From contig JASFQK010000040.1 of assembly GCA_050115495.1 (NCBI GenBank), positions 1 to 63,617 on the forward strand: 63,617 nt of DNA. The letters run 5' to 3'. The notes under the pieces were generated by a model that was given only the letters and a program-made list of their open reading frames with translations, searched no databases and had not been told where the DNA came from. Positions 10,307 to 20,462 of this stretch are shown piece after piece. The position numbers and the translations under genes were made by a program. Numbering within the stretch: position 1 is the first letter of the stretch; each line of letters begins with the position of its first letter. This DNA is from Phycisphaerae bacterium. Lineage in GTDB: Bacteria; Planctomycetota; Phycisphaerae; UBA1845; Fen-1342.

Positions 10307-11395
10307 TCAGCCCGGCGACCGAACGCGGGCGCAGAGGTTCAGGACGTCTGCTACGCGGGCATGCACCTCGGCACTCGCGCTGCCAGCACCGAGGGCTGCG
10401 AGGACCGCCTGGGTTGCCTCACTTATGGTCTCGAAGCCGTAAACGGCAGACCGTGATCTCAGCCCACGGATCAGGCCATCCAATGCCCTATGGTCATCAG
10501 CCGCAACGGCGGTACGGATGGCCGATATCTCACTGGGCAATTCCTCGACAAAGGCCCTGAGGTGATCAGAAACGGATTCATCATCATGGAGAGCGCTCAA
10601 GAGCGGCTCTTCGCGCAGCGCGCGGAGCAGCTCGGCCACGTCGCGTTGCAGAAACGGCTTGGGCAGGAACTGATTACAGCCCGCCTCCAGAGCCCGCGAC
10701 TGTACCTCGGCCGAGTCCAGCGAACTGATGGCGATGATGCGACACGAGAACTGCTTCCTGCGTATAGCCCGAACCGTGGATATGCCGTCGGGGATGGGGG
10801 GTTCAATGCCCATGAGAACCAGGTCCAGCTTCTGATTGCCGGCAACCTCGATCGCGTCACGGCCGTTGTCCACGTGACGCACGGTGGCATTGTGTTGCGC
10901 CAGCCATGTCTTGATCATGCGCGCGGCCAGCTGGTCATTCTCAACCAGCAACACCTGGCACGGTACAGCATTCGAGCAGCACATCGATACGTCGATTTGG
11001 CGCACAAAGGACACCTCTACCTCATGGACGTTTCCGTCTACGTGCTCGCAGTGCCGTACTATGCCGTCCACCTCTACCCAGCCCCCGTACAGCGTCACGA
11101 GCTTGGCGTGACAGGCCGTGCCTGGATGGACGAAACACCCGAACAGACAGGCGAGCCCTTCGGCACTAAGCCAGCGTGAGGGAACCGAGTAGGGGGTAAA
11201 CGCAGAATTCCCGATCTGCCATACATCCAGATGCAGAGCCATGATCCGATATGAGTAGTGGGGCGCTGTCGATTTCCGGCCCGTTTCGTGATCCGCCCGG
11301 TCCAGCCGATCGAGCGACTCCCTGATTTCGTTTTCGGCAAGCCGGATCGATCGTAAACGACGCAGACTCGACTCATCGTCGTTGGCGTGTGTCAT
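10307..11395 (-). CDS. PilZ-like / receiver / HPt-like signalling protein with degenerate active sites
   Basis: REC fold VLLVENDQ...DLVLMGIEPP...IIAISS...FLPKPF; C-terminal HPt-like LIRGLRSRSAVYGFETIS; N-terminal PilZ-like beta domain; atypical codon usage. Confidence 0.7.
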   Translation of the reverse strand: MTHANDDESSLRRLRSIRLAENEIRESLDRLDRADHETGRKSTAPHYSYRIMALHLDVWQIGNSAFTPYSVPSRWLSAEGLACLFGCFVHPGTACHAKLVTLYGGWVEVDGIVRHCEHVDGNVHEVEVSFVRQIDVSMCCSNAVPCQVLLVENDQLAARMIKTWLAQHNATVRHVDNGRDAIEVAGNQKLDLVLMGIEPPIPDGISTVRAIRRKQFSCRIIAISSLDSAEVQSRALEAGCNQFLPKPFLQRDVAELLRALREEPLLSALHDDESVSDHLRAFVEELPSEISAIRTAVAADDHRALDGLIRGLRSRSAVYGFETISEATQAVLAALGAGSASAEVHARVADVLNLCARVRSPG

Positions 11396-11769
11396 TGGGG
11401 CACCACCCTCGCTTGCTCCTGTTCACCGTGTGTCTGTATTGTCAGAGGCAGTCGACGGCTAGGCGAAGTAAGCCACCGGACCGCACGGCCCAGGGCGAGG
11501 CGCCCATTGGGGAGGTCGGGCCGGTATACAACACCACGGTTGTTGTACGGACCAATGCATCGGCGATTTTCGGTGCGGGTTGTGGTGCGCTTTGCGCAAT
11601 GCAGACGGGCCGGTAGCCGAACGCAGCCACGGACGCCGGCTTGGTCAGGCGGAGCGCCCGGGAGTTATGCACGCCCAGGGAATCCTGGAGCCGCTCTTGG
11701 TCCGCGTAGGGACTGGAACCTATCCCAGAACCTCTCTGAGCAGCAACATCGTACATCCGAGATACACGA

Positions 11770-11975
11770 AACTCTGGAACCAGTGGTGGACGGTGCTCTC
11801 TGGACCAAACTCGCGCGGCAGGTCCTTCCATTTGGCGCCGTTGTCGAGGATCCAGAGGATGCCCGGTCTTGGGGCAGCTTCCTCCGTCCTGGCATGCGGG
11901 CGGGCGGCGGAGGGACGAACGGTTGCCGGGGCGACGGCACGGCGCAAGAGCCTGCTGTTGCCCACATCTCATCGA
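11770..11975 (-). pseudogene. IS5-family transposase N-terminal remnant (DUF4096-like), frameshifted and truncated
   Basis: GILWILDNGAKWKDLPREFGPESTVHHWFQ, preceded in another frame by DEMWA...QPFVPPPPARMPGRRKLPQDR; no DDE domain follows. Confidence 0.78.
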
Positions 11976-12172
11976 TTGCTGCTCTGTTCGGCCGTTCCGG
12001 AGGGGGGCTTGCTGGCGTACGAGCACCTCTCGCCGCAGACCCAACGGGGGCACCGTTTGTGCAATTCTGTATGTTGGGGGTGTGCCGGAACGTGAGCCGG
12101 GTAAGCTACGGCCCTGCGCGTCGCGGCCGGCCGCGGCGGCTCGGGTCCGGCGGCGCGCCGAAAGGAGTTCTT

Positions 12173-15100
12173 ATGCGCCCACGTCTCATTGCCTCAATCA
12201 TCCTGGGAGTAACCATGTATCTGGGAGCAGCTCTCGCCCGCGGCGACGTTCGCCCGCACGCCGGCATGCTGCGCAACCCGGACATCAGCGCCACTCACAT
12301 CGTCTTCGTTTACGCCAACGACCTGTGGGTCGCCCCGCGCGAGGGCGGCCTGGCCGAGCCGCTCGCCAGCCCGCCCGGCGTCGAGGCCTTCCCCCGCTTC
12401 AGCCCCGACGGCCAGACCATCGCCTTCATGGGCAACTACGACGGCAACGTCGACCTGTACACGCTGCCGCTGGCCGGCGGCATACCCAAACGGGTTACGT
12501 ACCACCCGGCGCCAGAGAACCTCTGCGACTGGACGGCCGATGGCCGGCTCATCTTCTTCTACGAGGCCCAGGCCCCGCTCCAGCGGCAGATGCAGCTCTT
12601 CACGACGGCGCCCACCGGCGGCCTGCCCGAGCGTCTACCCGTGCCCTACGGGACGAACGGCGCCATCAGCCCCGACGGCCAGTGGCTCGCCTACACGCCC
12701 CATACAACTGATAACCGTACCTGGAAGCGCTATCGCGGCGGCATGGCCACCGACATCTGGCTCCTCAACCTCACCGACCACGCCTCCCTGAAAATCACCG
12801 ACTGGGAAGGCACCGACTCGCAGCCCATGTGGCACGGTGACACGATCTATTACATGTCCGATGAGGGTCCGAACCACCGCCTCAACATCTGGTCCTACGA
12901 GTTGGCCAGCGAGACCCGCCGGCAGCACACACACTTCGCCGAGTACGACGTGAAGTGGCCGGCGATCGGCCCCGGCCCCGACGGCGCCGGCGAGATCGTC
13001 TTCCAGAACGGGGCCGCGCTCCACGTGCTCGACCTCGCCACCGACACCGTCCGCTGCCTCGACATCGTCATCCCCGGCGACCGGGCCGAACTCCGCCCGC
13101 AGCGCCTCGACGTCAGTAACGACATTCGCTACTGGTCTGTCTCCCCCGGCGGCAAGCGGGCAGTCATGCAGGCACGCGGTGATGTTTGGACCGTCCCCGC
13201 CCAGCACGGCTCGCCCCGCAACCTTACCCGCACCGCCGGCGTACACGACCGCTACCCGATGTGGAGCCCCGACGGACGTTGGCTGGCGTACTTTTCCGAC
13301 GCCACCGGCGACTACGAGCTCTACATCGTCCAGTCCGACGGCCGGACCGAGCCGCAGCAGCGCACCCATCACGGGCCGGGCTACCGTTATCCCATCCGGT
13401 GGTCGCCCGACTCCAAGCAGATAGCCTACACCGACACCGCCGGGCAGTTGTGGCTCTGCCCGCGCGAGGGTGAAGAGGAACCGCTGCTCGTTGATACGGA
13501 CCGCTGGGGCATCCCGCCCGATGTGAATTGGTCGCACGATTCCGCGTGGCTGGCCTACACGCTGACCGACGACGCCCGCGTCTCCTCGATCTGGCTGTAC
13601 GACGTCGCCGCTGGCGAGCGGCACCAGGTGACCAGCGGCATGTTCGCGGACGGCGAGCCCACGTTCGACCGCAAGGGCGAGTACCTCTTCTACGCCAGCC
13701 ATCGGGACATCAGATCGGTCGCCTACGCCGACCTGGACGGAACCTGGATCTACCTGAACACAGGGGTGCTCTGCGTCGTCCCGCTACGGGCCGACATTGA
13801 CTCGCCCTGGGCGCCCAAGAGCGATGAGGTGACCTGGGACGAGGACGAGGACGACGAAAAGAAGGAAGAAGACAAGGAAGAAGAGCAGGACGAGGGCGAA
13901 CCGGAACCGGACGAGCCGGCCGACGCGCCGCCCGAGGAGCCGGACGCGGACGAAGCGACGCCTCCGGAGCCACCCGCCGAGGAGGAGCAGGCCGCCGAGC
14001 CACCAGCCGACGAGGAAAAGGCTGAAGAGGAGGAGGGCAAGGAAGAGGAAGAGGATGAGGATGAGGAGAAGAAGGAAGACAAACCGCTGCAAATCGACGT
14101 GGACGGCTTCGAGCAGCGCTCCATTCGGCTGCCCGTCGACAGGGGCTACTTCCACAACCTGAACGTCAACGACAAGGGTCAGTTGCTCTACGTCCGCCGG
14201 CCCGGGCCCAATGCCGGCGGCTCCTCGGCCATCAAGCTCTTCGATCTCGAGGACGAGGACCGTAAGGAGAAGACCGTCCTCGGCGACACGGGCTCCTACA
14301 CCATGACCGCCGACGGCAAAAAGCTGCTCGTGCGCAAGGGACGCCAGTGGGGCGTGATCGGCGCCAAGCCCGGCCAGAAGCTGGACAAGACGTTGTCGCT
14401 CGCCGGCATGCTGGCCGAGATCGACCCGCGGACCGAGTGGCAGGAGGTCTTCGTCGAGGCCTGGCGGATCCTTCGCGACTTCTTCTACGTCGAGAACATG
14501 CACGGCGTGGACTGGCCCGCCGTGCGCGAGCAGTACGCGGCTATGCTGGCCGACTGCGCCTCGCGCGACGATGTCGCCTACGTCATCAAGGAGATGATCT
14601 CCGAGCTGAACGTCGGCCACACCTACTACCGAGGCATGGACATCGACCGCGGACCGCGGATGTCGGTCGGTCTGCTGGGCGTGGACTTCGCCCTGGACAG
14701 CGGCGCCTACCGCATCGAGCGGATCATCGCCGGCGCCGCGTGGGACGTGGACGCCCGCGGGCCGCTCAGCCAGCCCAATGTGGACGTTCACGAAGGCGAC
14801 TATCTGCTCGCCGTCAACCGCGTCCCGCTCGACACGACGTGCGATCCCTGGGCCGCCTTCCAGGGTCTGGCCGGCCGGACCGTGACCCTCACGGTCAGCG
14901 CCCAGCCCACCCTCGACGACGAGGCCCGCGAGGTCGTCGTCAAACTCCTCGGCGGCGAGTCCAACCTGCGCTACCGCGCCTGGGTCGAGAAGAACCGGGC
15001 CTACGTCGCCGAGAAGACGGGCGGCCGCGTCGGCTACATCCACGTCCCCGACACCAGCGGCTGGGGCCAGCGCGAGCTCTACCGCCAGTTCTACGGTCAG

Positions 15101-15652
15101 CGCGACACCGCCGCCCTCATCATCGACGAGCGCTGGAATGGAGGCGGCCAGATCCCCGATCGCTTCATCGAGCTGCTCAACCGGCCGCTCTACAACTACT
15201 GGGCCCGCCGCCACGGCTACCCCGACCGGACGCCGGGCTACAATCAAGTTGGTCCTAAGTGCATGCTCATCAACGGGTTAGCTGGATCTGGCGGCGATGC
15301 TTTCCCCGCCTACTTCCGGTTCGCCGGCCTCGGCAAGCTCATCGGCACGCGCACCTGGGGCGGGCTGGTCGGCATGTCCGGCAACCCTGGCATGATCGAT
15401 GGCACCGGCGTCTCCGTGCCCACCTTCGGCTTCTATGACCTCGACGGCACGTGGGGTATCGAAGGCCACGGCGTCGATCCGGACATCGAGGTGGTGGACG
15501 ACCCGGCCCTCATGGTCGACGGTGGCGATCCCCAGCTCGACGCGGCCATCACTCACATGCTCGCCGAGCTCGAGCGGGCCCCCTTCGTCCCGCCCTCTCG
15601 ACCGGCCGACCCCGACCGCAGCGGCATGGGCATCCGCGAGGAAGACAAGTAA
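12173..15652 (+). CDS. Tricorn protease homolog (S41 family, PD40 propellers + PDZ)
   Basis: SD AAAGGAG before ATG 12173, signal peptide, PRFSPDG repeats, WKRYRGGMATDIW, DERWNGGG, catalytic AGSGGD, GTRTWGG, EGHGVDPD. Confidence 0.92.
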   Translation: MRPRLIASIILGVTMYLGAALARGDVRPHAGMLRNPDISATHIVFVYANDLWVAPREGGLAEPLASPPGVEAFPRFSPDGQTIAFMGNYDGNVDLYTLPLAGGIPKRVTYHPAPENLCDWTADGRLIFFYEAQAPLQRQMQLFTTAPTGGLPERLPVPYGTNGAISPDGQWLAYTPHTTDNRTWKRYRGGMATDIWLLNLTDHASLKITDWEGTDSQPMWHGDTIYYMSDEGPNHRLNIWSYELASETRRQHTHFAEYDVKWPAIGPGPDGAGEIVFQNGAALHVLDLATDTVRCLDIVIPGDRAELRPQRLDVSNDIRYWSVSPGGKRAVMQARGDVWTVPAQHGSPRNLTRTAGVHDRYPMWSPDGRWLAYFSDATGDYELYIVQSDGRTEPQQRTHHGPGYRYPIRWSPDSKQIAYTDTAGQLWLCPREGEEEPLLVDTDRWGIPPDVNWSHDSAWLAYTLTDDARVSSIWLYDVAAGERHQVTSGMFADGEPTFDRKGEYLFYASHRDIRSVAYADLDGTWIYLNTGVLCVVPLRADIDSPWAPKSDEVTWDEDEDDEKKEEDKEEEQDEGEPEPDEPADAPPEEPDADEATPPEPPAEEEQAAEPPADEEKAEEEEGKEEEEDEDEEKKEDKPLQIDVDGFEQRSIRLPVDRGYFHNLNVNDKGQLLYVRRPGPNAGGSSAIKLFDLEDEDRKEKTVLGDTGSYTMTADGKKLLVRKGRQWGVIGAKPGQKLDKTLSLAGMLAEIDPRTEWQEVFVEAWRILRDFFYVENMHGVDWPAVREQYAAMLADCASRDDVAYVIKEMISELNVGHTYYRGMDIDRGPRMSVGLLGVDFALDSGAYRIERIIAGAAWDVDARGPLSQPNVDVHEGDYLLAVNRVPLDTTCDPWAAFQGLAGRTVTLTVSAQPTLDDEAREVVVKLLGGESNLRYRAWVEKNRAYVAEKTGGRVGYIHVPDTSGWGQRELYRQFYGQRDTAALIIDERWNGGGQIPDRFIELLNRPLYNYWARRHGYPDRTPGYNQVGPKCMLINGLAGSGGDAFPAYFRFAGLGKLIGTRTWGGLVGMSGNPGMIDGTGVSVPTFGFYDLDGTWGIEGHGVDPDIEVVDDPALMVDGGDPQLDAAITHMLAELERAPFVPPSRPADPDRSGMGIREEDK

Positions 15653-15679
15653 CCCGCCCAGCAAGCTGCCGGAAAGCAG

Positions 15680-15720
15680 ACCGGCCCGCGTCCTTCTGCG
15701 ACGCGGGCCGGTTTCTTTCT
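15680..15720 (+). terminator. Intrinsic terminator after tricorn gene
   Basis: ACCGGCCCGCGTC-N7-GACGCGGGCCGGT hairpin followed by TTCTTTCT. Confidence 0.8.
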
Positions 15721-15752
15721 GACGCTATCGCGCGAGCCTGCGGCTTACCCGG

Positions 15753-16841
15753 TCACTCCCCGGCGATCCAGCGCTCCAGGTTCTCGCGGGCTTCGCTGTC
15801 GCGGAACTGCTGCGGCGGGTGCTTCATGGTCACCGCCGACACCTCGACAAGCGGGCCGCCGATGCCGCGGTCCCGAGCCAGCATCGCACAGCGAATGGCG
15901 TCGATGGCCATACCGGCGCTGTTGGGCGAGTCCTCGACACTCAGCCGCAACTCGAGGTTCATGGGCGTATCGCCGAAGCCCCGCCACTCCATGCGCAGGA
16001 AGCACACCTTGTTGTCCTTCTGCCAGGGCACGTAGTCGGCGGGCCCGACGTGGATGCTGTCGGGAGGCAGGGGAACGTCGAGCTGGGACTGCACGGCCTC
16101 GGTCTTCGAGATCTGCTTGGATTGCAGCCGCGTGCGGGCCAGCATGTTCAGGAAATCCGTGTTGCCACCGGTGTTGAGCTGGTAGGTGCGGTCGAGCTTC
16201 ACGCCGCGGTCGCCCATCAGGCGGGCCAGCATGCGGTGGATGATGGTGGCTCCGAGCTGGCTCTTGATATCGTCGCCGACCACAGGCAGGTTCTTCTTGC
16301 GGAACTCGTCGGCCCACTCGGGGTGCGAGGCGATGAAGACCGGCTCGCAGTTGACCATGCCCACGCCGGCCGACAGGCACGCCTGGGCGTAGTGCCGCAC
16401 GGCGTCTTCCGAGCCCACCGGCAGATAGCAGACCAGCACCTGGGCCCCCGACTCACGCAGCACCCGGGCCACGTCGCACGGTTCGTCGCTGGCGGTGCGA
16501 AACGCCTGGTGCTCCGGATGCTCTCGCATGTGGGCGGCCACCCCATCCAGCACCGGGCCCATCTGGACCGTCACGCCGAGCGAGGGCAGCTCCGGCTGGA
16601 AGACCCGCGTGCAGTTGGGGGGAGCGAAGATGGCCCGTTCGAGGGGCTGGCCGACCTTGCGCCGGTCCACGTCGAAGGCGGCGACGGGCGTGATGTCTCC
16701 AATGCCGTACCCACCGATACGTGGATGCACCAGCCCCGCCGTGTCCGTCCGGGAGGCCTTCCGATAATATTCGATGCCCTGCAGCAGCGAGCTGGCACAA
16801 TTGCCTACGCCCGCAATCGCCAGTCTGATCGTACCCACCAC
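15753..16841 (-). CDS. ino1: Myo-inositol-1-phosphate synthase
   Basis: IAGVGNCASSLLQG, YLPVGSE, VGDDIKSQLGATIIHR, QLNTGGNTDFLNM, SKQISKT, DSPNSAG; AGGAGG before GTG start. Confidence 0.93.
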   Translation of the reverse strand: MVGTIRLAIAGVGNCASSLLQGIEYYRKASRTDTAGLVHPRIGGYGIGDITPVAAFDVDRRKVGQPLERAIFAPPNCTRVFQPELPSLGVTVQMGPVLDGVAAHMREHPEHQAFRTASDEPCDVARVLRESGAQVLVCYLPVGSEDAVRHYAQACLSAGVGMVNCEPVFIASHPEWADEFRKKNLPVVGDDIKSQLGATIIHRMLARLMGDRGVKLDRTYQLNTGGNTDFLNMLARTRLQSKQISKTEAVQSQLDVPLPPDSIHVGPADYVPWQKDNKVCFLRMEWRGFGDTPMNLELRLSVEDSPNSAGMAIDAIRCAMLARDRGIGGPLVEVSAVTMKHPPQQFRDSEARENLERWIAGE

Positions 16842-17078
16842 GGACCTCCTGGCCGGCGCGCGACCTCTGCTTCTCGCCCACGCCACACACGCGCGACAGC
16901 CGGCAAGCCGAAAATTTACCGCGCGCTAATATACCCTGCAACATCAGTCGCCAACGACGCCGAAACCTGAACCCCGCCAGCCGTTCCGCCGATAAACCCT
17001 GCATCAGTTCGCGAGTGCCGGACCGCCCCCGCGGATGTCCGTGCCGGCGCCGTGGTTCGGTCTATCAGGAGAGCAACC

Positions 17079-18674
17079 ATGCGAAGTGCGGTCATCTGTG
17101 CCCTGTCCATTGGCAGCCTGTTCCTTATCTCCTGTGGTGGCAGCCTGTTCGACCAGATCGGCGGGACCGACGCTCCCGGCGGGACCGATACGGCCGTGTC
17201 GATCTCGGGCCGTCTGGCCCCGGGCGACGCCGCCAAGATCCGCCCCCGCGCCCAGGGCACCGAACCGGCCTGTCTGATCCTGGCCCAGAGCAACGAGACG
17301 GGCACGGTCTACCGCGCCGCCACCGACGGCGACGGCCAGTTCGAGATCGATATTCCAGACAGTGAAGCCGGCAACACGTTTGCCGTCAGCATCCTCGGCC
17401 CGGACGGCAAGCCGCTCGGCCCCGTCATCTTCCAGTCCGCGGACGGAGAGGGGGCGATCGGAGTGGCCGCCGACCGCGACGTGTCGCTCGGCACGATCGA
17501 TCTGCCCGACGACCCGACGGTCAGCCCGATCGTCCCCGGCGACGACAGCGACGCTGGTGACCTCGTGGACGGAGACCTGTCCACCCGCCTCAACGACCAG
17601 GGCGTCCCGGTGGGCCTGGCCTCGTACGGCAAGGGTACGGACGCCGACGTCGACGAGGACGACACCCGCCAGGTCGACGGTGACCACGACGGCCTGATTG
17701 ACGTGCTCGACGCCGACGACGACGGCGACGGGATCGTCGACGACTTTGAGGCCGACAGCGACAGCGAGCTCGCCCTGCCGGACGTGCGGGCCGGCTTCTT
17801 CATGAACCTGAAGATCTACGCCAACCAGGCGCCAACCTACTACAACGGCACGGCGGCGGAGATCTCCGCGGCCCTGGCCACCGACACGATCATCACACTG
17901 GAGTGTGCCACCGAGCCGACGGCCACTCGCACCATCACCGCCGTCCGCCTCCTTGAGGTGCCCGGCCCGACCTACCTGCCCGACGCCGACCTCGTCAGCG
18001 ACACGGGCGGCGGCCTGGCCTACACCAACTGGGCCTCGCTCAGCTACGCCTTCGAGGAGGCGTCAGACCGCTTCGAGGCGTTCATGCGGCCCAACGCCGA
18101 GATGGACGCCGGTGACACGTTCACGGTCGAGATCACCTTCGACGACAGCACGACCGAGCAGTACTCGCGCATGATCAACTACGTCTTCAAGAACATCCCC
18201 CGGCTGGTGTCCTACGGAAGCGCGACCATCCGCCACACCTTCGATGTCACCGACACGACGGTCAACGGCACCGATCAGCAGCCGATTCCCTTCGACGGCA
18301 CGCACGACCTCGTGCTGACCTTCGAGCCGCCGGTGGACGAGAACGGCGACTTCCTGACGGACGTCGAGCACTACACGTTCCAGATCTTCTACACCGCCGC
18401 CGACCGCAGTCAGCTCAACGATTCGATTGACTGGTCGGCGACCTGGACGACGCCCATCACCGGCTTCGATCGCGGCAACTTCGACATCCTCACGGCCGAA
18501 ATGACCTTCGACCCGGTCTACAACACGTACACGGTCACGCTGGGCAGCGATGCCTTCGCCGACACCGTCGAGACCGGCACCGGCACGCAGGCCGTGGCCC
18601 AGTACAAGATCGACATCACCGCTGAAGCCCCCACCGGCAACGCGGCGATCATGCTTTCCTTCGTCAAGCAGTAA
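17079..18674 (+). CDS. Acidic lipoprotein with DxDxDG Ca-binding (TSP3-like) repeats
   Basis: Lipobox LISC after hydrophobic stretch; DGDHDGLIDVLDADDDGDGIVDDFE; SD AGGAG. Confidence 0.65.
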   Translation: MRSAVICALSIGSLFLISCGGSLFDQIGGTDAPGGTDTAVSISGRLAPGDAAKIRPRAQGTEPACLILAQSNETGTVYRAATDGDGQFEIDIPDSEAGNTFAVSILGPDGKPLGPVIFQSADGEGAIGVAADRDVSLGTIDLPDDPTVSPIVPGDDSDAGDLVDGDLSTRLNDQGVPVGLASYGKGTDADVDEDDTRQVDGDHDGLIDVLDADDDGDGIVDDFEADSDSELALPDVRAGFFMNLKIYANQAPTYYNGTAAEISAALATDTIITLECATEPTATRTITAVRLLEVPGPTYLPDADLVSDTGGGLAYTNWASLSYAFEEASDRFEAFMRPNAEMDAGDTFTVEITFDDSTTEQYSRMINYVFKNIPRLVSYGSATIRHTFDVTDTTVNGTDQQPIPFDGTHDLVLTFEPPVDENGDFLTDVEHYTFQIFYTAADRSQLNDSIDWSATWTTPITGFDRGNFDILTAEMTFDPVYNTYTVTLGSDAFADTVETGTGTQAVAQYKIDITAEAPTGNAAIMLSFVKQ

Positions 18675-18749
18675 CAGGGCCCCAAGCGGCCCGGGGTAGG
18701 CTGTACGCTAGACGCCGCCGGCGACGACTTGCTCGTTGCCTGCGGCGGT

Positions 18750-20237
18750 CTATTTTGCGCTCGTCGGCCAGGCGGCCTGGTCGCCGGGCACGTACGCGTC
18801 GTGCACGAGCGTGTCGAACGCCGGCCGGAAATCACCCCCCGGCAAGGCGCTGACCCGGGCCCGGGCCCGCTCCACCTTGCTCTCCAGGATGTCCAGTCGA
18901 GCCACGTCCGCCGCCGACCCGCCGTCCTCGGCAACCCGCAGCAACCGCGGGCGCAGCCGCTCCAGCAAAGCCCGGCCGGGCGCCAACAGCTCGGCACAGG
19001 CCGCCGTATTACCCTGGACATAGGCCGCGTAGGCCCGCTCCACCAGCCGCACCCACTCGACCGCCACCCGGTGCAACTCGACCGCGAATTGCAGGGTGTG
19101 CTCGGGCGAGAGCCGGTCGCCCGCCTCGTCGCACAGGCGCAGGATCGCGTCGCCCGCCGCTCCGCAGGCCTCCCCGCGCCAGTCGCGCCACAGGGCAAAC
19201 GGGTCCTGCCGCATCACCAGCCGGTCGCGAAGCTGCCGCCACGTCCCCGGTCGCAGAAACGCCGACGCCTCCGGCAACCGTCGCCCCAGGATCTCCGCCA
19301 CCTGCACGTACGCCGGCCCACCCTCTTCTGCCAGCGCCAAGGGCCAATCCGTCCCCGCGGCCAGCCGTCGCCCGGCGGCGTAGATCAGCGGCAGGATGCC
19401 CGCATACTGCGTGAAGGAGCTCAGCTCCCACGTCGTCACGAGCACACCGAGCGCGCCGTGCTGGGCCGCATCCTCCGCGTGCTCGTCGATGTTCCGTTGC
19501 GTCAGGGGCAGGAAGCACCACGCCGCGTCAAACGTGTGCACCGCCGGACAGCACACCACGTCGAAGCCACGTGACCGGAACATGGCCAGCGACTCGGCCG
19601 GCCGGCCGTCGTAGTGCCAATCAAAGATGACTGTCTCCGGCGGGAGGGCGTCCATGGCGTCGGGGTGGGCGATCAGCATGTCCCCCCACAGGCACGGCCG
19701 TCGATCCTGCTCCAACACCCAGCGGCAAAGCCGACCGTAGTACTCGCCATAGAGCCCGCCCGGCCCGACCTCGCGGACGCGGGCGGCGCACTGCGGGCAC
19801 TGCCCCAGTTGCCGGGTCTCGTCGCCACCGAGATGTACCCACTCGTCGGCGAACGCGTCCAGCGCGTCGGCGACGAGTTGCTGAGCGAACGCCGCGCACG
19901 CCGGCCGGCTCGCACAGATCTGTTGCCCGCCGGGTCCGCCCGGGCCCTCGGCCAGCCACTGCCCGCCCTCAGCCCGGATGAACCCCTCCATGTGCCCCAG
20001 CGTGTTCAGAAAGGGCAGCACCCGCACGCCGCAGTCCAGCAACTCCCGCACCGTCTCCGCGCGAAGACAGCCCTCGCCGGCGGCGAACGGTGCCGAGGGG
20101 TAGGCCAGCCGGTGCTCCACGTACAGCCCGACAGCGTTGTACCCCGTTGTCGCAGAACGCGTTAGCATCCCCCGCAGCAGGGCCTCGCTCGGGGCCTGCT
20201 CGCGGGCCACGTCGTACATCCATCCGATGAACTGCAT
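18750..20237 (-). CDS. Glycoside hydrolase family 20 (beta-N-acetylhexosaminidase-like)
   Basis: PFLNTLGHME, catalytic HLGGDE, LWGDM, FDWHY, LVTTWE motifs. Confidence 0.82.
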   Translation of the reverse strand: MQFIGWMYDVAREQAPSEALLRGMLTRSATTGYNAVGLYVEHRLAYPSAPFAAGEGCLRAETVRELLDCGVRVLPFLNTLGHMEGFIRAEGGQWLAEGPGGPGGQQICASRPACAAFAQQLVADALDAFADEWVHLGGDETRQLGQCPQCAARVREVGPGGLYGEYYGRLCRWVLEQDRRPCLWGDMLIAHPDAMDALPPETVIFDWHYDGRPAESLAMFRSRGFDVVCCPAVHTFDAAWCFLPLTQRNIDEHAEDAAQHGALGVLVTTWELSSFTQYAGILPLIYAAGRRLAAGTDWPLALAEEGGPAYVQVAEILGRRLPEASAFLRPGTWRQLRDRLVMRQDPFALWRDWRGEACGAAGDAILRLCDEAGDRLSPEHTLQFAVELHRVAVEWVRLVERAYAAYVQGNTAACAELLAPGRALLERLRPRLLRVAEDGGSAADVARLDILESKVERARARVSALPGGDFRPAFDTLVHDAYVPGDQAAWPTSAK

Positions 20238-20462
20238 GCCGCCATTCTACGCCGCTGACGGCCCCCCGTCTGCGGCGACCGCCACGGCTGGCGGTGGCCT
20301 GCGCCGCCGCATACAATCCCGCATTGGTTCGGCGCCCCCGGGGACGTGAAGCTGGCGCTCGTCGCGACAGGCATGGGTATCGCCACGCCTCCGGGATTCG
20401 CCGCGTTTCCGCGCACCGGCGTGCGCGGTGCCTGCGATTCGAACGACAAGGAGCGAATCCCC

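Noticed and set aside
11387..12172. 262-aa N-terminal extension of the tricorn ORF in the ORF track
   Set aside because: Non-coding-like composition, overlaps the IS5 remnant; the SD and signal peptide place the start at 12173.
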